Assembly: GCA_963662545.2 (NCBI GenBank)
Contig: CAXXLL010000003.1
Span: 992,001 to 1,056,000, forward strand
Reading direction: 5' to 3'
Length of the DNA stretch: 64,000 nt
Source of the DNA: Gammaproteobacteria bacterium
GTDB lineage: Bacteria > Pseudomonadota > Gammaproteobacteria > Ga0077536
Shown here: piece by piece, positions 29,261 through 38,884 of the stretch
Layout: each line of letters starts with the position of its first letter
How positions within the stretch are numbered: the first letter of the stretch is position 1
Notes under the pieces: model-generated
Databases searched by the model: none
What the model was told of the DNA's origin: nothing
The model's input: the letters and a program-made list of their open reading frames with translations, nothing else
Position numbers and translations under genes: made by a program

Positions 29261-30189
29261 GGAATATTCGGCACATGGGTTTGCTGAAACAAACGTATCC
29301 GCTCGTTGGGTTGGCTGCTGTCGCTCAAACTCAGGGTGACCGAAACCAGGGCAGCGCGGGTCGCCGTCCCGGGATCGTATTCGAAATTGCAGGCGACGAC
29401 GTTCTCGGCCAGCACCCTTCCCGTGACAGCGGGCGGGGAAGCGCCGGTCGGTTGGATCGCACCGATGGCATAGCCGTCGTAGCGCATGAGCAATCCGTTC
29501 CCGAGCGTACAAATATAGCTCACCGGCGTATCCACCACGTGGAAGCGCTGATTCGGAGACGGAAAAGGAAAGGCGCCGAGATCGTGTACGAACTCGATGG
29601 TAGGCAATCCTGGCCCGGGGCCGGGATCCGCGATCTCGATACCGGCGACATTCTCGCCGCAGTATGCGTTTGTTTTACCGACGACCGGAGTCGAGCAGTC
29701 GTTCGGTTGACCGGTATTGAAGATGATTAGGCAGTCCACCGCCGACCCGGCCATGCAGGCCGCCGTACTCGTCGGCGTCATACCACCGCAGTTCGGGCTT
29801 CCACCCGCGCAGATTTGACCAAAATCGTTTAAGCGGCCCAACACGTCAAATTTGCTGTCCGTCGGAGGGAAGTCCAGCGCGTTCGACAAGGGCAATCCCG
29901 GATCGATTTGCGCGCGATAACGGCCGCCCGATCTCGTCCGGAGAAATTCGAGCGCTTGTCCCCCGGCAATGCGAACGCTGTTTGGCAGTGCGAGGCGGAC
30001 TTCACGCGTCAAGCGGTTGAGTGCGGTATCGGCTTCATCGACCAGGGTCGCGCGCCGCGCGGTGTCGACAAATCCCTGGATGGGACGCGAAATGTTGTAC
30101 CCCACCACCGCCGCCAGGACGCTGCTGATCACGATCACGGCGATCAACTCGACCAGCGTGAAACCGCCAGTACTCTTTCCGGTCTTCAT
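29257..30189 (-). CDS. mshO: MSHA minor pilin MshO
   Basis: GFTLVEL, ALNRLTREVRLALPNSVR, GGRYR and C-terminal HVPNIP. Confidence 0.92.
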   Translation of the reverse strand: MKTGKSTGGFTLVELIAVIVISSVLAAVVGYNISRPIQGFVDTARRATLVDEADTALNRLTREVRLALPNSVRIAGGQALEFLRTRSGGRYRAQIDPGLPLSNALDFPPTDSKFDVLGRLNDFGQICAGGSPNCGGMTPTSTAACMAGSAVDCLIIFNTGQPNDCSTPVVGKTNAYCGENVAGIEIADPGPGPGLPTIEFVHDLGAFPFPSPNQRFHVVDTPVSYICTLGNGLLMRYDGYAIGAIQPTGASPPAVTGRVLAENVVACNFEYDPGTATRAALVSVTLSLSDSSQPNERIRLFQQTHVPNIP

Positions 30190-30743
30190 TGGGCGTTCGC
30201 GCGAAATGCGGATAATTGGAAGTCGTTATCCATCGCCTGGTGACCCACGGAGACGTCGATGCGTAGTACTTCACCGCTATTCGAACTGATCGCCGGCGAG
30301 CCGATGCTAATGCCGTTATCGATGACGGTCACGCGAACCGTATACAAAGACAATCCAGCAATACCATTGCCGTTTCTGTCTGCGGCGCCGCTGTCATTCA
30401 AACCGTTGTAGTCGCAGACGTCGTCATACAAATTTCGACTGGCTTCCTTGAGTGGTCCTACACCGCCGCATGCGGCTGCCGAGCAGGCCGAGCCCATACA
30501 CTGTTGGCTGCAGGTCTGCCCCGCCGTCAAAAAATCGGGATCACAGAAATTCGCCACCATGACCTCCTCCAGATAGGCATGCGCGATGGCGGTGGCCTGC
30601 CGTTCTATCATGGGATTGCTGGAGCGGCCGGCGACGCCCGCGGTCGTGAGCATCAAGCCGAGCACCGCGATCGATATGATCACGAGGGACGCAACGAGCT
30701 CAATCAGAGTAAGGCCACGAGATCGGAATCGACTAGGTTTCAT
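30186..30743 (-). CDS. mshD: MSHA minor pilin MshD
   Basis: GLTLIEL, A..IAHAYLEE, YDDVCDYNG and LSAFRAN. Confidence 0.88.
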   Translation of the reverse strand: MKPSRFRSRGLTLIELVASLVIISIAVLGLMLTTAGVAGRSSNPMIERQATAIAHAYLEEVMVANFCDPDFLTAGQTCSQQCMGSACSAAACGGVGPLKEASRNLYDDVCDYNGLNDSGAADRNGNGIAGLSLYTVRVTVIDNGISIGSPAISSNSGEVLRIDVSVGHQAMDNDFQLSAFRANAQ

Positions 30744-30744
30744 T

Positions 30745-31257
30745 TTAATTTTCCACGACCAGGCCGGTGTCGGGCGTGACTTGAATCTGGCGAGGCCCGA
30801 CGGAGACCCTGAGGTTTGCCGGATCCGCAATCAAGCCGCCGCTCGTATCGTGCGGCCGCCCCACGTGATCGAAATAGTAGGTAAGACTATTGGCCACGTT
30901 GACCCCCGCGGGCGCACTCGCTTCGAACGGTGTCGTACTGCCGGGGCGCGCAACGATCTCCAAAGGCAGCGTCCGTACGGTACAGTCGGGATCCCCGGTC
31001 CATCTCGAAATTTCGAAGCTGTTCGAACCGGCAGAGAAATCGACGCGAATACTACAACCCGACGCGACTGCCAGTTTTTGCGCGTAGCGCGTCGCCGCCA
31101 GGGCCTCTTCGAAGAAGCCGCGCTCGGCGAATGGATCAATGTCGGCGAACCGCGGCAACGCGTACGCCGCTAGAACGCCCAGGATGACTAAAACCGCAAC
31201 GAGTTCCACCAGTGAAAAACCACCCTGGCGCCCTGCTCTCAGGGAGCTTCCCATCAC
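30745..31257 (-). CDS. mshC: MSHA minor pilin MshC
   Basis: GFSLVELVAVLVILGVLAAYALPRF, RYAQKLA and FDHVGRP. Confidence 0.88.
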   Translation of the reverse strand: MMGSSLRAGRQGGFSLVELVAVLVILGVLAAYALPRFADIDPFAERGFFEEALAATRYAQKLAVASGCSIRVDFSAGSNSFEISRWTGDPDCTVRTLPLEIVARPGSTTPFEASAPAGVNVANSLTYYFDHVGRPHDTSGGLIADPANLRVSVGPRQIQVTPDTGLVVEN

Positions 31258-33212
31258 GCATCCCCGATAGCGTTCTGAACCCGGGAAATTTCCCTGTCGG
31301 CAGCTTGGGCGCCTGCTTCGTCGCCTTCTTTCATCCTCAAATCTCGCAACAGCGATAGATAATCCAGGACCAGCGGATGCCCCGGAATGGGATGGCGTAA
31401 GCCCCCTTCCAGCACCGCCAGGGCGTCTCTGGACCGACCCAAATCGCTCAGGAAACGGGCGAGTTCGATCCGTGCGGGATAATAGCGATGATCGCGTCGC
31501 AAGGTTTCTCGATAGGCTTTCTGTACCTTGTCGAGCCGGGACGCCGGATCGAGCCGTGGGTCGTGTAGCACAAACAACATTTCCGTATACGCCACCTCCG
31601 CGCTGAACGGATTCATTTTCGCCGCCCGCGCCAGATGCGTCTCAGCCAAGCCGATGAATTCAAGCTTTTTCTCGAATTCTGCCGTCGAATCGGAAGCGGC
31701 GAGATAGAGATGTGCACGGGCGGCTTCGGTCGTCGGATTGGGACTCAAGTTCGCGGCAAATCGCAGCGATCTCTGTGCGTCTGAAAGCGCGCCAATGTTC
31801 AGTTCACGCATGCCCCGTTCATGGAAAACGGACATTGCGAGCGCACTGGTGAGGGCTGCCATGGGCATCGCCGCGAGAACGAATATGATGAAAATCATCA
31901 CGGGTCGGCTGAAATTCCGGAACATCCGGGATGGATGCGGCGCAGCTTCGGGGCGCGTAATCCGTACGAAGCGAGCAAGAACGAAACCGAACATGACGAG
32001 TGTTGCCGGCACGTAAAAATTATACGTGAAAAAACTGTGAGACCCGAGCGTCACCATTCCCCAGAAAAGACCGTCCGATTCCAGATTTCGATCGCCCGCG
32101 TTGCCGCCCAGGCGCCGGTGCTTGAGCCAACGGATAACGATTGCGGTAACGAGTGCCATGCACAAGGCGAGGCCGAGTACGCCAAGTTCGGCGATTATCT
32201 GCAGGAAATCATTGTGTGCGTAATGCCGTGACGAACGGTCTTCCTCATAACCGAATCCCGGGTATACCGCGCGAAAAGTCCCGGGACCGAAACCACTCAA
32301 GGGCATCTCTTTCATCATTTCAAAGGTAGCGCGCCAGATCAGAAATCGCTCGTTCGCCGAGGCAACCTTGGAGCGCGCGATTGGTGACAAATCAACTAAT
32401 TGGCCCTGTTCCAGATCGCCGATGGGTCCGATCCCGTGAATCGAAAGCCGGGTGGAAACCGCCTGGAGGCTTTTCATCGACTCGCTCACCTCGCCTTTCA
32501 GCGCGACGTCCGCCAGCAGGAATGCGTATAAAGCGAGCGCCAATACTAATTTTCCAAGGCGCTGCCGATCCAGCGTATCGAGCGACAGCAAGAACCCACC
32601 GTAACCCACGACGAATGCCCCGATGGCCGCCCGGCTCGTACTGAAACAGACCAGGAAGAAGCTCAAGAAGAGTGGCACGCACCACCACACCACCGTGGCG
32701 CGACTCGCTGCGCCATCCCGCAAGGCGCGCCCGAGAACCGGCAATAGAATGAACGAGAGCAACAGCAGGTAGCCGCTCAGCGAATTGCGTTGGACGAACA
32801 ATGCGCTGAAAGTCAGGGAATTCGAGTAGAGCGGCTCGGCCAGGGCGATCAGGGTCAGCAGGATGCAGAGAACGCCGCTGAATAACACGAGGTGACGGCC
32901 TGCGCCTGCCTGATCGGGCGCGATCAGGAAGGCCAGAAAGGCCAGCGGCAGGACCAATTGTTGATACACGCCGATGCCGGCAACCGCCGTCAGCGGTGAC
33001 AGCCGAGCCGAAAGGAACAGCCACAGCGACAGCAGAACGAAGATGAGGCCGATGGCCCCGGCCTGTATCCGCTCGGATCGATCAAATGCGCCGATGGTCC
33101 CCGCCGCAGCCAATGCCAGCAGCGCGATTGAAATGACGGTCAGCGACCAAAGGTCGAAGCCCTGCACGAAAACGCTAATCAGCGCTACCGTTAACAAGGC
33201 CCGGCCGTACAT
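31254..33212 (-). CDS. O-antigen ligase family (Wzy_C) membrane protein with C-terminal TPR; candidate pilin O-oligosaccharyltransferase
   Basis: About 12 TM segments; SRAA, ERFLIW, GFGPGTF and HYAHNDFLQIIAELG; stop overlaps the mshC start. Confidence 0.85.
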   Translation of the reverse strand: MYGRALLTVALISVFVQGFDLWSLTVISIALLALAAAGTIGAFDRSERIQAGAIGLIFVLLSLWLFLSARLSPLTAVAGIGVYQQLVLPLAFLAFLIAPDQAGAGRHLVLFSGVLCILLTLIALAEPLYSNSLTFSALFVQRNSLSGYLLLLSFILLPVLGRALRDGAASRATVVWWCVPLFLSFFLVCFSTSRAAIGAFVVGYGGFLLSLDTLDRQRLGKLVLALALYAFLLADVALKGEVSESMKSLQAVSTRLSIHGIGPIGDLEQGQLVDLSPIARSKVASANERFLIWRATFEMMKEMPLSGFGPGTFRAVYPGFGYEEDRSSRHYAHNDFLQIIAELGVLGLALCMALVTAIVIRWLKHRRLGGNAGDRNLESDGLFWGMVTLGSHSFFTYNFYVPATLVMFGFVLARFVRITRPEAAPHPSRMFRNFSRPVMIFIIFVLAAMPMAALTSALAMSVFHERGMRELNIGALSDAQRSLRFAANLSPNPTTEAARAHLYLAASDSTAEFEKKLEFIGLAETHLARAAKMNPFSAEVAYTEMLFVLHDPRLDPASRLDKVQKAYRETLRRDHRYYPARIELARFLSDLGRSRDALAVLEGGLRHPIPGHPLVLDYLSLLRDLRMKEGDEAGAQAADREISRVQNAIGDA

Positions 33213-33314
33213 CAGAACTTACCGATCACAGAAATAGGCGCGGACCAGCCTTTCGATATTGAAAATGCCGTCGGCGCGCTCGCGAACGACGCGCGGTGAT
33301 GCAGTCGTGCTAAG

Positions 33315-33755
33315 TCAGTTGCAGGCCGTGATTGGAACGGTGATCGTCGGTGGCGTAGCACCGTTATGCACATAGGTGACGTTGCATGAGGCCGGCGTCT
33401 GCACGCCCGGGAATGTCCACACGCCGGCGCCCGAGAGGCTGAAACCGGAGTTCGCCGGATCCTCTTGCAGCGCGTTGGCGATATTCGTCTCGTCCGGCCA
33501 CCCGTCGTCAACCGTGAAGCTCACACCATCCATCGTAATGGTTTGCGACCCCAGGGTCGCGCCGTCGGCAAGCCAGACCGCATGAGCCAGCGCCGACGCG
33601 CTGCGGATGGCGCCGCCCAAGCCCTGGATCGCGGCTTCGCGGGCCCTTACTTCGAGATTGGCGAAACGCGGCAGCGCGAACGCGGACAGGATCCCCAAAA
33701 TCACGATCACGGATATCAGCTCAATCAGGGTGAAACCCGCATGTTGTCTTTTCAT
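33315..33755 (-). CDS. mshA: MSHA major pilin
   Basis: MKRQHAG|FTLIELISVIVILGILSAFALPRF; C-terminal disulfide; strong GAGGAG RBS and its own AT-rich upstream region. Confidence 0.93.
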   Translation of the reverse strand: MKRQHAGFTLIELISVIVILGILSAFALPRFANLEVRAREAAIQGLGGAIRSASALAHAVWLADGATLGSQTITMDGVSFTVDDGWPDETNIANALQEDPANSGFSLSGAGVWTFPGVQTPASCNVTYVHNGATPPTITVPITACN

Positions 33756-33953
33756 CGTAGTCTCCTCGTCTTCATAGTGTCAGTAACCACTTGGGTGTTA
33801 GACCCGACCGTCGATGAGTGCGTATAAAATTCTTAAGGCTAAATTAGATCGGTTTCGTCGTCGCAATCCGGGGATCGATTCGATTTTTCGATTTTTTTGC
33901 AATTTCATCCAAAAAATGTGACCCACTGCACACACGACGGCCATCAAGCTGCC

Positions 33954-34508
33954 CTACTCGCGGCTGCGGTCCGCCGCCTGAGTCGAAAATGCCCGCGGGT
34001 CGAGCAGTTTGAGAACGGCGCCGTCGAGCCGATCCACCGAATCGTCGAATCGCCCGTTGTCATTGATATCGACATATCGTGGCTCAACTTGAAACCGCAC
34101 CCGTTTGGGCCCCGTTTTCTCCACTTCGAAGTAATCCTCGCTGATCACGCGGTACTCGATACGCCGGACATCCTCGAAGTAGACCCAGGCTCCGGGGGCC
34201 ACGCTTTCCCAGTCGAACGCTCTTTCCGATTCTATGAATTCCAAATCTCCTCGTCCGACATGACGCACGACGTCGTGCAAGGTCGGAGGACGGCCCTGAT
34301 TTTCCTGTAATACGAAACTCACCTTCAGGGTGAGGAGCCGCGTCTGCATATCCTGGAACTGGGCTATCAATATTGCTTTTTCGGCCGCCGCTTCCACGTG
34401 GCTTACCCGGTTCATGAACACTGTAAAAAGGACGGCGATTATCACCACCGCGACGGCGAGCTCGAGGCGACTCAGGTTGCGTCTTAACGATGCAGTTTCT
34501 ATAGCCAT
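33954..34508 (-). CDS. MshF-like pilin-related protein
   Basis: Degenerate prepilin N-terminus (LSRLELAVAVVII), PGAWVYF and YVDINDNGRFD; positioned between mshG and mshA. Confidence 0.7.
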   Translation of the reverse strand: MAIETASLRRNLSRLELAVAVVIIAVLFTVFMNRVSHVEAAAEKAILIAQFQDMQTRLLTLKVSFVLQENQGRPPTLHDVVRHVGRGDLEFIESERAFDWESVAPGAWVYFEDVRRIEYRVISEDYFEVEKTGPKRVRFQVEPRYVDINDNGRFDDSVDRLDGAVLKLLDPRAFSTQAADRSRE

Positions 34509-34544
34509 TCATGAATCTACCCCGTAACCTGCCCCGCGATGTTG

Positions 34545-35780
34545 CTACCGATTGAGCTTTACGCTTGCGAGATCCCACATCGGGAGGAAAACACCCAGCG
34601 CCAGCACGAGTACCATGCCGGCGATGACGACGATCAGAACGGGCTCTATGGTTTGCGCCAGATTCTTGATGTCGTAATCGACTTCGCGTTCATAAAATCC
34701 CGCTACTTCGGCGAGAAGGTCGTCGATTGCTCCCGTCTCCTCGCCAACCGATAGCATTTGGATCACCAGCGGGGAAAACATGTTTGTTTGTGCGGCACTG
34801 CGCGTCAAGCTCTCGCCGCGCTCGACATTGGTCTGCATTCCCCGGATCTTCTCGCCAATATATTCGTTGTCGATCGCTCGCGACACCACGGATAAACTTT
34901 GCAGGAGCGGGACGCCCGCCGACAGCGACATGGAAAATGATCGGGCAAAGCGGCCGAGCGTCGCGCGATACAAGATACTGCCAATGATCGGGATCCGAAT
35001 TTTATACTGATCCCAAACGAACCGACCTCGCTCGGTATTGACATATTTGCGAACGGCGATCGCTAATACCACTATACCGACTACCATTGGAACCCAGTAA
35101 GCGACAAAAAAGTCGGAAGTGCCGATGAGGATACGCGTGTAAATCGGCAGATCGACGCCGGCGTTTTTGAACACTTTGGTGAATTGCGGTATAACCACGA
35201 CATTGATGATGGCCATTGCGAGCGTTATCGCGATGATGACAAAGGTCGGGTAACGAAGCGCGCTCTTGATGCGTGCGCGCGTGTCACGTTCCAGCTCCAG
35301 GTAGTCCGACAATTTCAACAAGGCTTCGTCGAGTTGGCCGGTACTTTCACCAATCCTTATCGTATTCACGAATAAGGAAGGAAAAATTTTCGGGTGACGT
35401 GCAAGCCCGGTGGAGAAATCCCGTCCGCTTTCGAGATCCGTTTGAATCTGCCCGAGCGCTTCGACCAGTACTCGATTCCGGGTGGAGCGAATCAAGCCCC
35501 CCATCGCCTGATTGATCGGAACTCCCGCGCGCATCAGTGTGTACATCTGGCGCGAGAACAATATCAAGTCTTCGAGCTCAGGCGGTTCGGTTGTCAGAAA
35601 CCTGCGAATTTCCTCGAAGATGTCACCATCGCCCGATCGATTAACCTGCTGAGTGATATCGACAGGCGTTATACCGATGTTCATGAGCTGCCCGGCCACG
35701 GCGTCCGCAGTGGCCGCCTCCAGCACGCCTTCGACAAGGCTCCCGCTTGAATCCCGACCTTTGTACTGATAGCTGGCCAT
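34545..35780 (-). CDS. mshG: MSHA inner-membrane platform protein (GspF/PilC family)
   Basis: FSRQMYTLMRAGVP, GESTGQL, ALRYP, VGEETG and FLPMWD. Confidence 0.95.
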   Translation of the reverse strand: MASYQYKGRDSSGSLVEGVLEAATADAVAGQLMNIGITPVDITQQVNRSGDGDIFEEIRRFLTTEPPELEDLILFSRQMYTLMRAGVPINQAMGGLIRSTRNRVLVEALGQIQTDLESGRDFSTGLARHPKIFPSLFVNTIRIGESTGQLDEALLKLSDYLELERDTRARIKSALRYPTFVIIAITLAMAIINVVVIPQFTKVFKNAGVDLPIYTRILIGTSDFFVAYWVPMVVGIVVLAIAVRKYVNTERGRFVWDQYKIRIPIIGSILYRATLGRFARSFSMSLSAGVPLLQSLSVVSRAIDNEYIGEKIRGMQTNVERGESLTRSAAQTNMFSPLVIQMLSVGEETGAIDDLLAEVAGFYEREVDYDIKNLAQTIEPVLIVVIAGMVLVLALGVFLPMWDLASVKLNR

Positions 35781-35792
35781 TGCTCTCGACGC

Positions 35793-37550
35793 CTACGATG
35801 GAACCGCCTCGGCATCCTCGGTGGCAGGCTTTTGCGCTGCGGATTCCTCGACATCCGTAACGCTGGCGGAGATCCGTATGACTTCCTCCAGGGTAGTGAT
35901 GTTCTGGCGCGCATAAGCCAATGCCATATGATCGAGGCGGGTGAAGTCCTTAGCTTGCAAAGCCGCTTCCTGGAACCCCGCGTTATCCTCGCGCGCCAGG
36001 ATCTGGGCGAGGTCGTCGTCAATCTCGAGTAATTCGTAGACGCCGATGCGTCCGTGATAACCGGTGTTGTTGCAATTGTGACAGCCCGCGCCTTTATGGT
36101 AGTCATGATCGATCGCTTGCGACCCGAGATTCGCGGTCAACCATGCAATAGCGCGTGCGGTAGGTGCATGTGGAGCGATGCAGCTCTTGCAGATCCGCCG
36201 AACGAGCCGCTGGGCCATAACGGCATGCAGCGACGAGGCCAGCAGAAAACCCGGAGCACCGAGGTCGATCAAGCGATTGACGGAACTGATGGCATCGTTG
36301 GTATGCAAGGTCGACAATACCAGGTGTCCCGTCATGGCGGCACGCAGACCGATCTCGACGGTTTCCTGGTCGCGCATTTCTCCTATCAGTATGACATCGG
36401 GGTCGTGCCTCAAGGTCGAACGTAAAACTCGTGCAAAAGTCAGTCCGATCGCCGCGTGTACCTGTATCTGGTTGATGCGCGGGAGGCGATATTCCACGGG
36501 ATCTTCGACCGTGATGATCTTCGTTTCCGGCTGGTTGAGTTCACGCAGCGCAGCGTAAAGCGTCGTCGTCTTACCGCTGCCGGTCGGTCCCGTTACGATG
36601 ACCATGCCAAACGGACGCTGCACAATGCCACGAAAGCGCTCCCGCAAACTCCGCGGCATACCCAGTGCATCTAGTTCGCGCACGCCTTCCGTTTGATCGA
36701 GAAGACGCATGACGACGGATTCGCCGTACTGTATCGGCATTGTAGAGATGCGCACGTCAATATTTCGCTCGAGGACACGCAGGCTGAAGCGTCCGTCCTG
36801 CGGCAGTCGCTTTTCTGAAATGTCCAGATTCGCCATCAATTTGAGCCTCTGTACCAGCGCCGTGGCGATACGCTTTTCGCTTAATACCTGCTCCTGCAAA
36901 ACCCCATCGACGCGTTGCCGTATCCGCAGCACGCTTTCGTCGGGCTCAATGTGAATATCCGACGCTTTGATCTGGATCGCATCTTGAAACAGCGTCTGCA
37001 GAAGTTTTACAACGGGCGCGTCGGTCACGTCCACAGCGACCAGTTGTTGAACGTCGAAATCTCCTGCCGACAGCTCGTCGCTCAGCTGCTCGGCAAACCC
37101 CGATATTTGTTCCGTCTGGCGATAGACCGAATCGATCGTATCCAGCAGGTCACTCTCGCGCACGACCGCCATCTCGATCGGCTTGTTGACGATCCGCGAT
37201 AATTCGTCGAAGGCAAATATATTCGTCGGATCGGACATGCCGACCAGCACCGTATCGCCTTGATCCTTCAAAGCCAGCGCGCGGAACCGGCGCGCTTGGA
37301 TTTCCGGAATGAGTTTTATGGCAGCCGCTTCGAACTTGTAACGGACCAGATCGATGAAAGGAATATTGAGCTGTGCCGACAGGAGATTGAGCAATTCCTG
37401 CTCGGATACGTAGCCGTTGTCGATGAGAATTTTGCCGAGCTTATGGCCTGATGTTTTTTGCGCAGCGAGAGCTTCTTCCAATTGCGCTTCGGAAATGACT
37501 TGCTTTTCGACGAGCAGATCGCCGATTCGAATTTTCTTGCGGCTCGCCAT
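35793..37550 (-). CDS. mshE: MSHA extension ATPase with MshEN c-di-GMP-binding domain
   Basis: Tandem RIGDLLV...LAAQ / KLGKILIDNG...LSAQ motifs; GPTGSGKTT, TVEDPVEY and LSTLHTND. Confidence 0.95.
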   Translation of the reverse strand: MASRKKIRIGDLLVEKQVISEAQLEEALAAQKTSGHKLGKILIDNGYVSEQELLNLLSAQLNIPFIDLVRYKFEAAAIKLIPEIQARRFRALALKDQGDTVLVGMSDPTNIFAFDELSRIVNKPIEMAVVRESDLLDTIDSVYRQTEQISGFAEQLSDELSAGDFDVQQLVAVDVTDAPVVKLLQTLFQDAIQIKASDIHIEPDESVLRIRQRVDGVLQEQVLSEKRIATALVQRLKLMANLDISEKRLPQDGRFSLRVLERNIDVRISTMPIQYGESVVMRLLDQTEGVRELDALGMPRSLRERFRGIVQRPFGMVIVTGPTGSGKTTTLYAALRELNQPETKIITVEDPVEYRLPRINQIQVHAAIGLTFARVLRSTLRHDPDVILIGEMRDQETVEIGLRAAMTGHLVLSTLHTNDAISSVNRLIDLGAPGFLLASSLHAVMAQRLVRRICKSCIAPHAPTARAIAWLTANLGSQAIDHDYHKGAGCHNCNNTGYHGRIGVYELLEIDDDLAQILAREDNAGFQEAALQAKDFTRLDHMALAYARQNITTLEEVIRISASVTDVEESAAQKPATEDAEAVPS

Positions 37551-38884
37551 TAGCTGGATAAACGGCTGATCTCGCGGTTAGCATATCTTCGTAGGTTATC
37601 GGACAGTTGGCGATCGACTAAAGCCCTCAGAAAAGCGTGTTGCGCCTGGCTTGGCCGATGTTTCGCAGCGAGCGAGATGCCCAGGCCCATCCACCAGATG
37701 CCGCGTTTAGGTGCAAGAGCCAGGACTCCGCGATATCCGCGGATCGCCGCGTCGTGCCTTCCCGAACGCTGGTGCAGGGCCGCGATGAATGCGTGGTGCT
37801 CAAGGCCCTCACGCAGTACCGGTGCGGCCGCGAGCAAGGTTTCCAAGGCCGCATCGGTTTCGCCCCGATCGACCAGCAGATGTGCCAGTATTTGCGCGTG
37901 CCGATGCGCTTTCGGATTTCGCGCCAGTCCCGTGCGCAAGACGCGTTCCGCAGCGCCTACATCGTTTCGTCGCAACAATGCCTTCGCGTAGGCTTCGCAC
38001 GCAGCGGTGAAGTCCGGGTGTCGTTCGACCAGATCGGCCAGGGCGATCAAGGCGTCGATATCCTTGCCCTGGCGTGACAGTTTGAGCGCATTCGATAATT
38101 CTCGAGAGCGATCGTTTGGTGCAACATGGGCCTGCATGCGCATAGTCCCGGCGTACTCGACGGCTTCGCCTTCGGTGGTCGCTTCAATACCGTTAACCGG
38201 TGCTGAGGCGGCGTTCATCGGCGCCTCGATCGCTGCATCGGCATCCAAGCCCGGTAGTTCGATATCGGCAACGGGTTCCGACCCTGCTTCGTTCTTGATG
38301 TCCGCGACCAGACCCGCCTGATCGATCTCGTCGTTTCCAGGATCATGAATCAACTTCGGCTCCGCCAGTGCGGACGCCGCATCCAACCGCGATTGGAGGT
38401 CATTCGTAAGGAGCGCTTCGCGGGCAGATTCGGGTCTCCACGCCGGTCCGGCAACGCTGATGTGATCGAGAATCGATACCATCGTATCCGCGGCATCCGG
38501 CAGATTTCCCATCGCTGGTAACCCATTTTCAAGAGCGCTCGATTGCACAAGCCTGCGCGGCTCGATACCCCGGCTCGAATCGATAAGGGCCACCGTGACC
38601 TGGCCGTTCTCGGCTGCTGCCTCCGGCTGTTCCAAGGACGCTTTGTCGCCGCTCCATTGCGGGATCGAACCTCTGTCGAGCAATGTCAATCCGTACCAGG
38701 CTGCACTGGCAACGGCGGCCCCGAGTATCGTGGCAGTGAGGAACCGTCCAAGCGAGGTTCCCCGTTCCGGTGCCTGCCGATTGCCCGCAGCCGCCTGCAG
38801 GCCTTCGAGCGCTCTGTCACTGTCGGCAGGGCGACCCGGCCGTCGTGCCTCCAGATCCGACAGCATTTGATTAATGAGGCTCAT
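37550..38884 (-). CDS. mshN: MSHA biogenesis TPR protein MshN
   Basis: MSLINQMLSDLEARR N-terminus, TM segment, C-terminal TPRs with WWMGLGISL. Confidence 0.9.
   Translation of the reverse strand: MSLINQMLSDLEARRPGRPADSDRALEGLQAAAGNRQAPERGTSLGRFLTATILGAAVASAAWYGLTLLDRGSIPQWSGDKASLEQPEAAAENGQVTVALIDSSRGIEPRRLVQSSALENGLPAMGNLPDAADTMVSILDHISVAGPAWRPESAREALLTNDLQSRLDAASALAEPKLIHDPGNDEIDQAGLVADIKNEAGSEPVADIELPGLDADAAIEAPMNAASAPVNGIEATTEGEAVEYAGTMRMQAHVAPNDRSRELSNALKLSRQGKDIDALIALADLVERHPDFTAACEAYAKALLRRNDVGAAERVLRTGLARNPKAHRHAQILAHLLVDRGETDAALETLLAAAPVLREGLEHHAFIAALHQRSGRHDAAIRGYRGVLALAPKRGIWWMGLGISLAAKHRPSQAQHAFLRALVDRQLSDNLRRYANREISRLSS

Noticed and set aside
33756-33953. Sigma28/sigma54 promoter or riboswitch upstream of mshA
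   Set aside because: AT-rich and probably regulatory, but no convincing consensus match.
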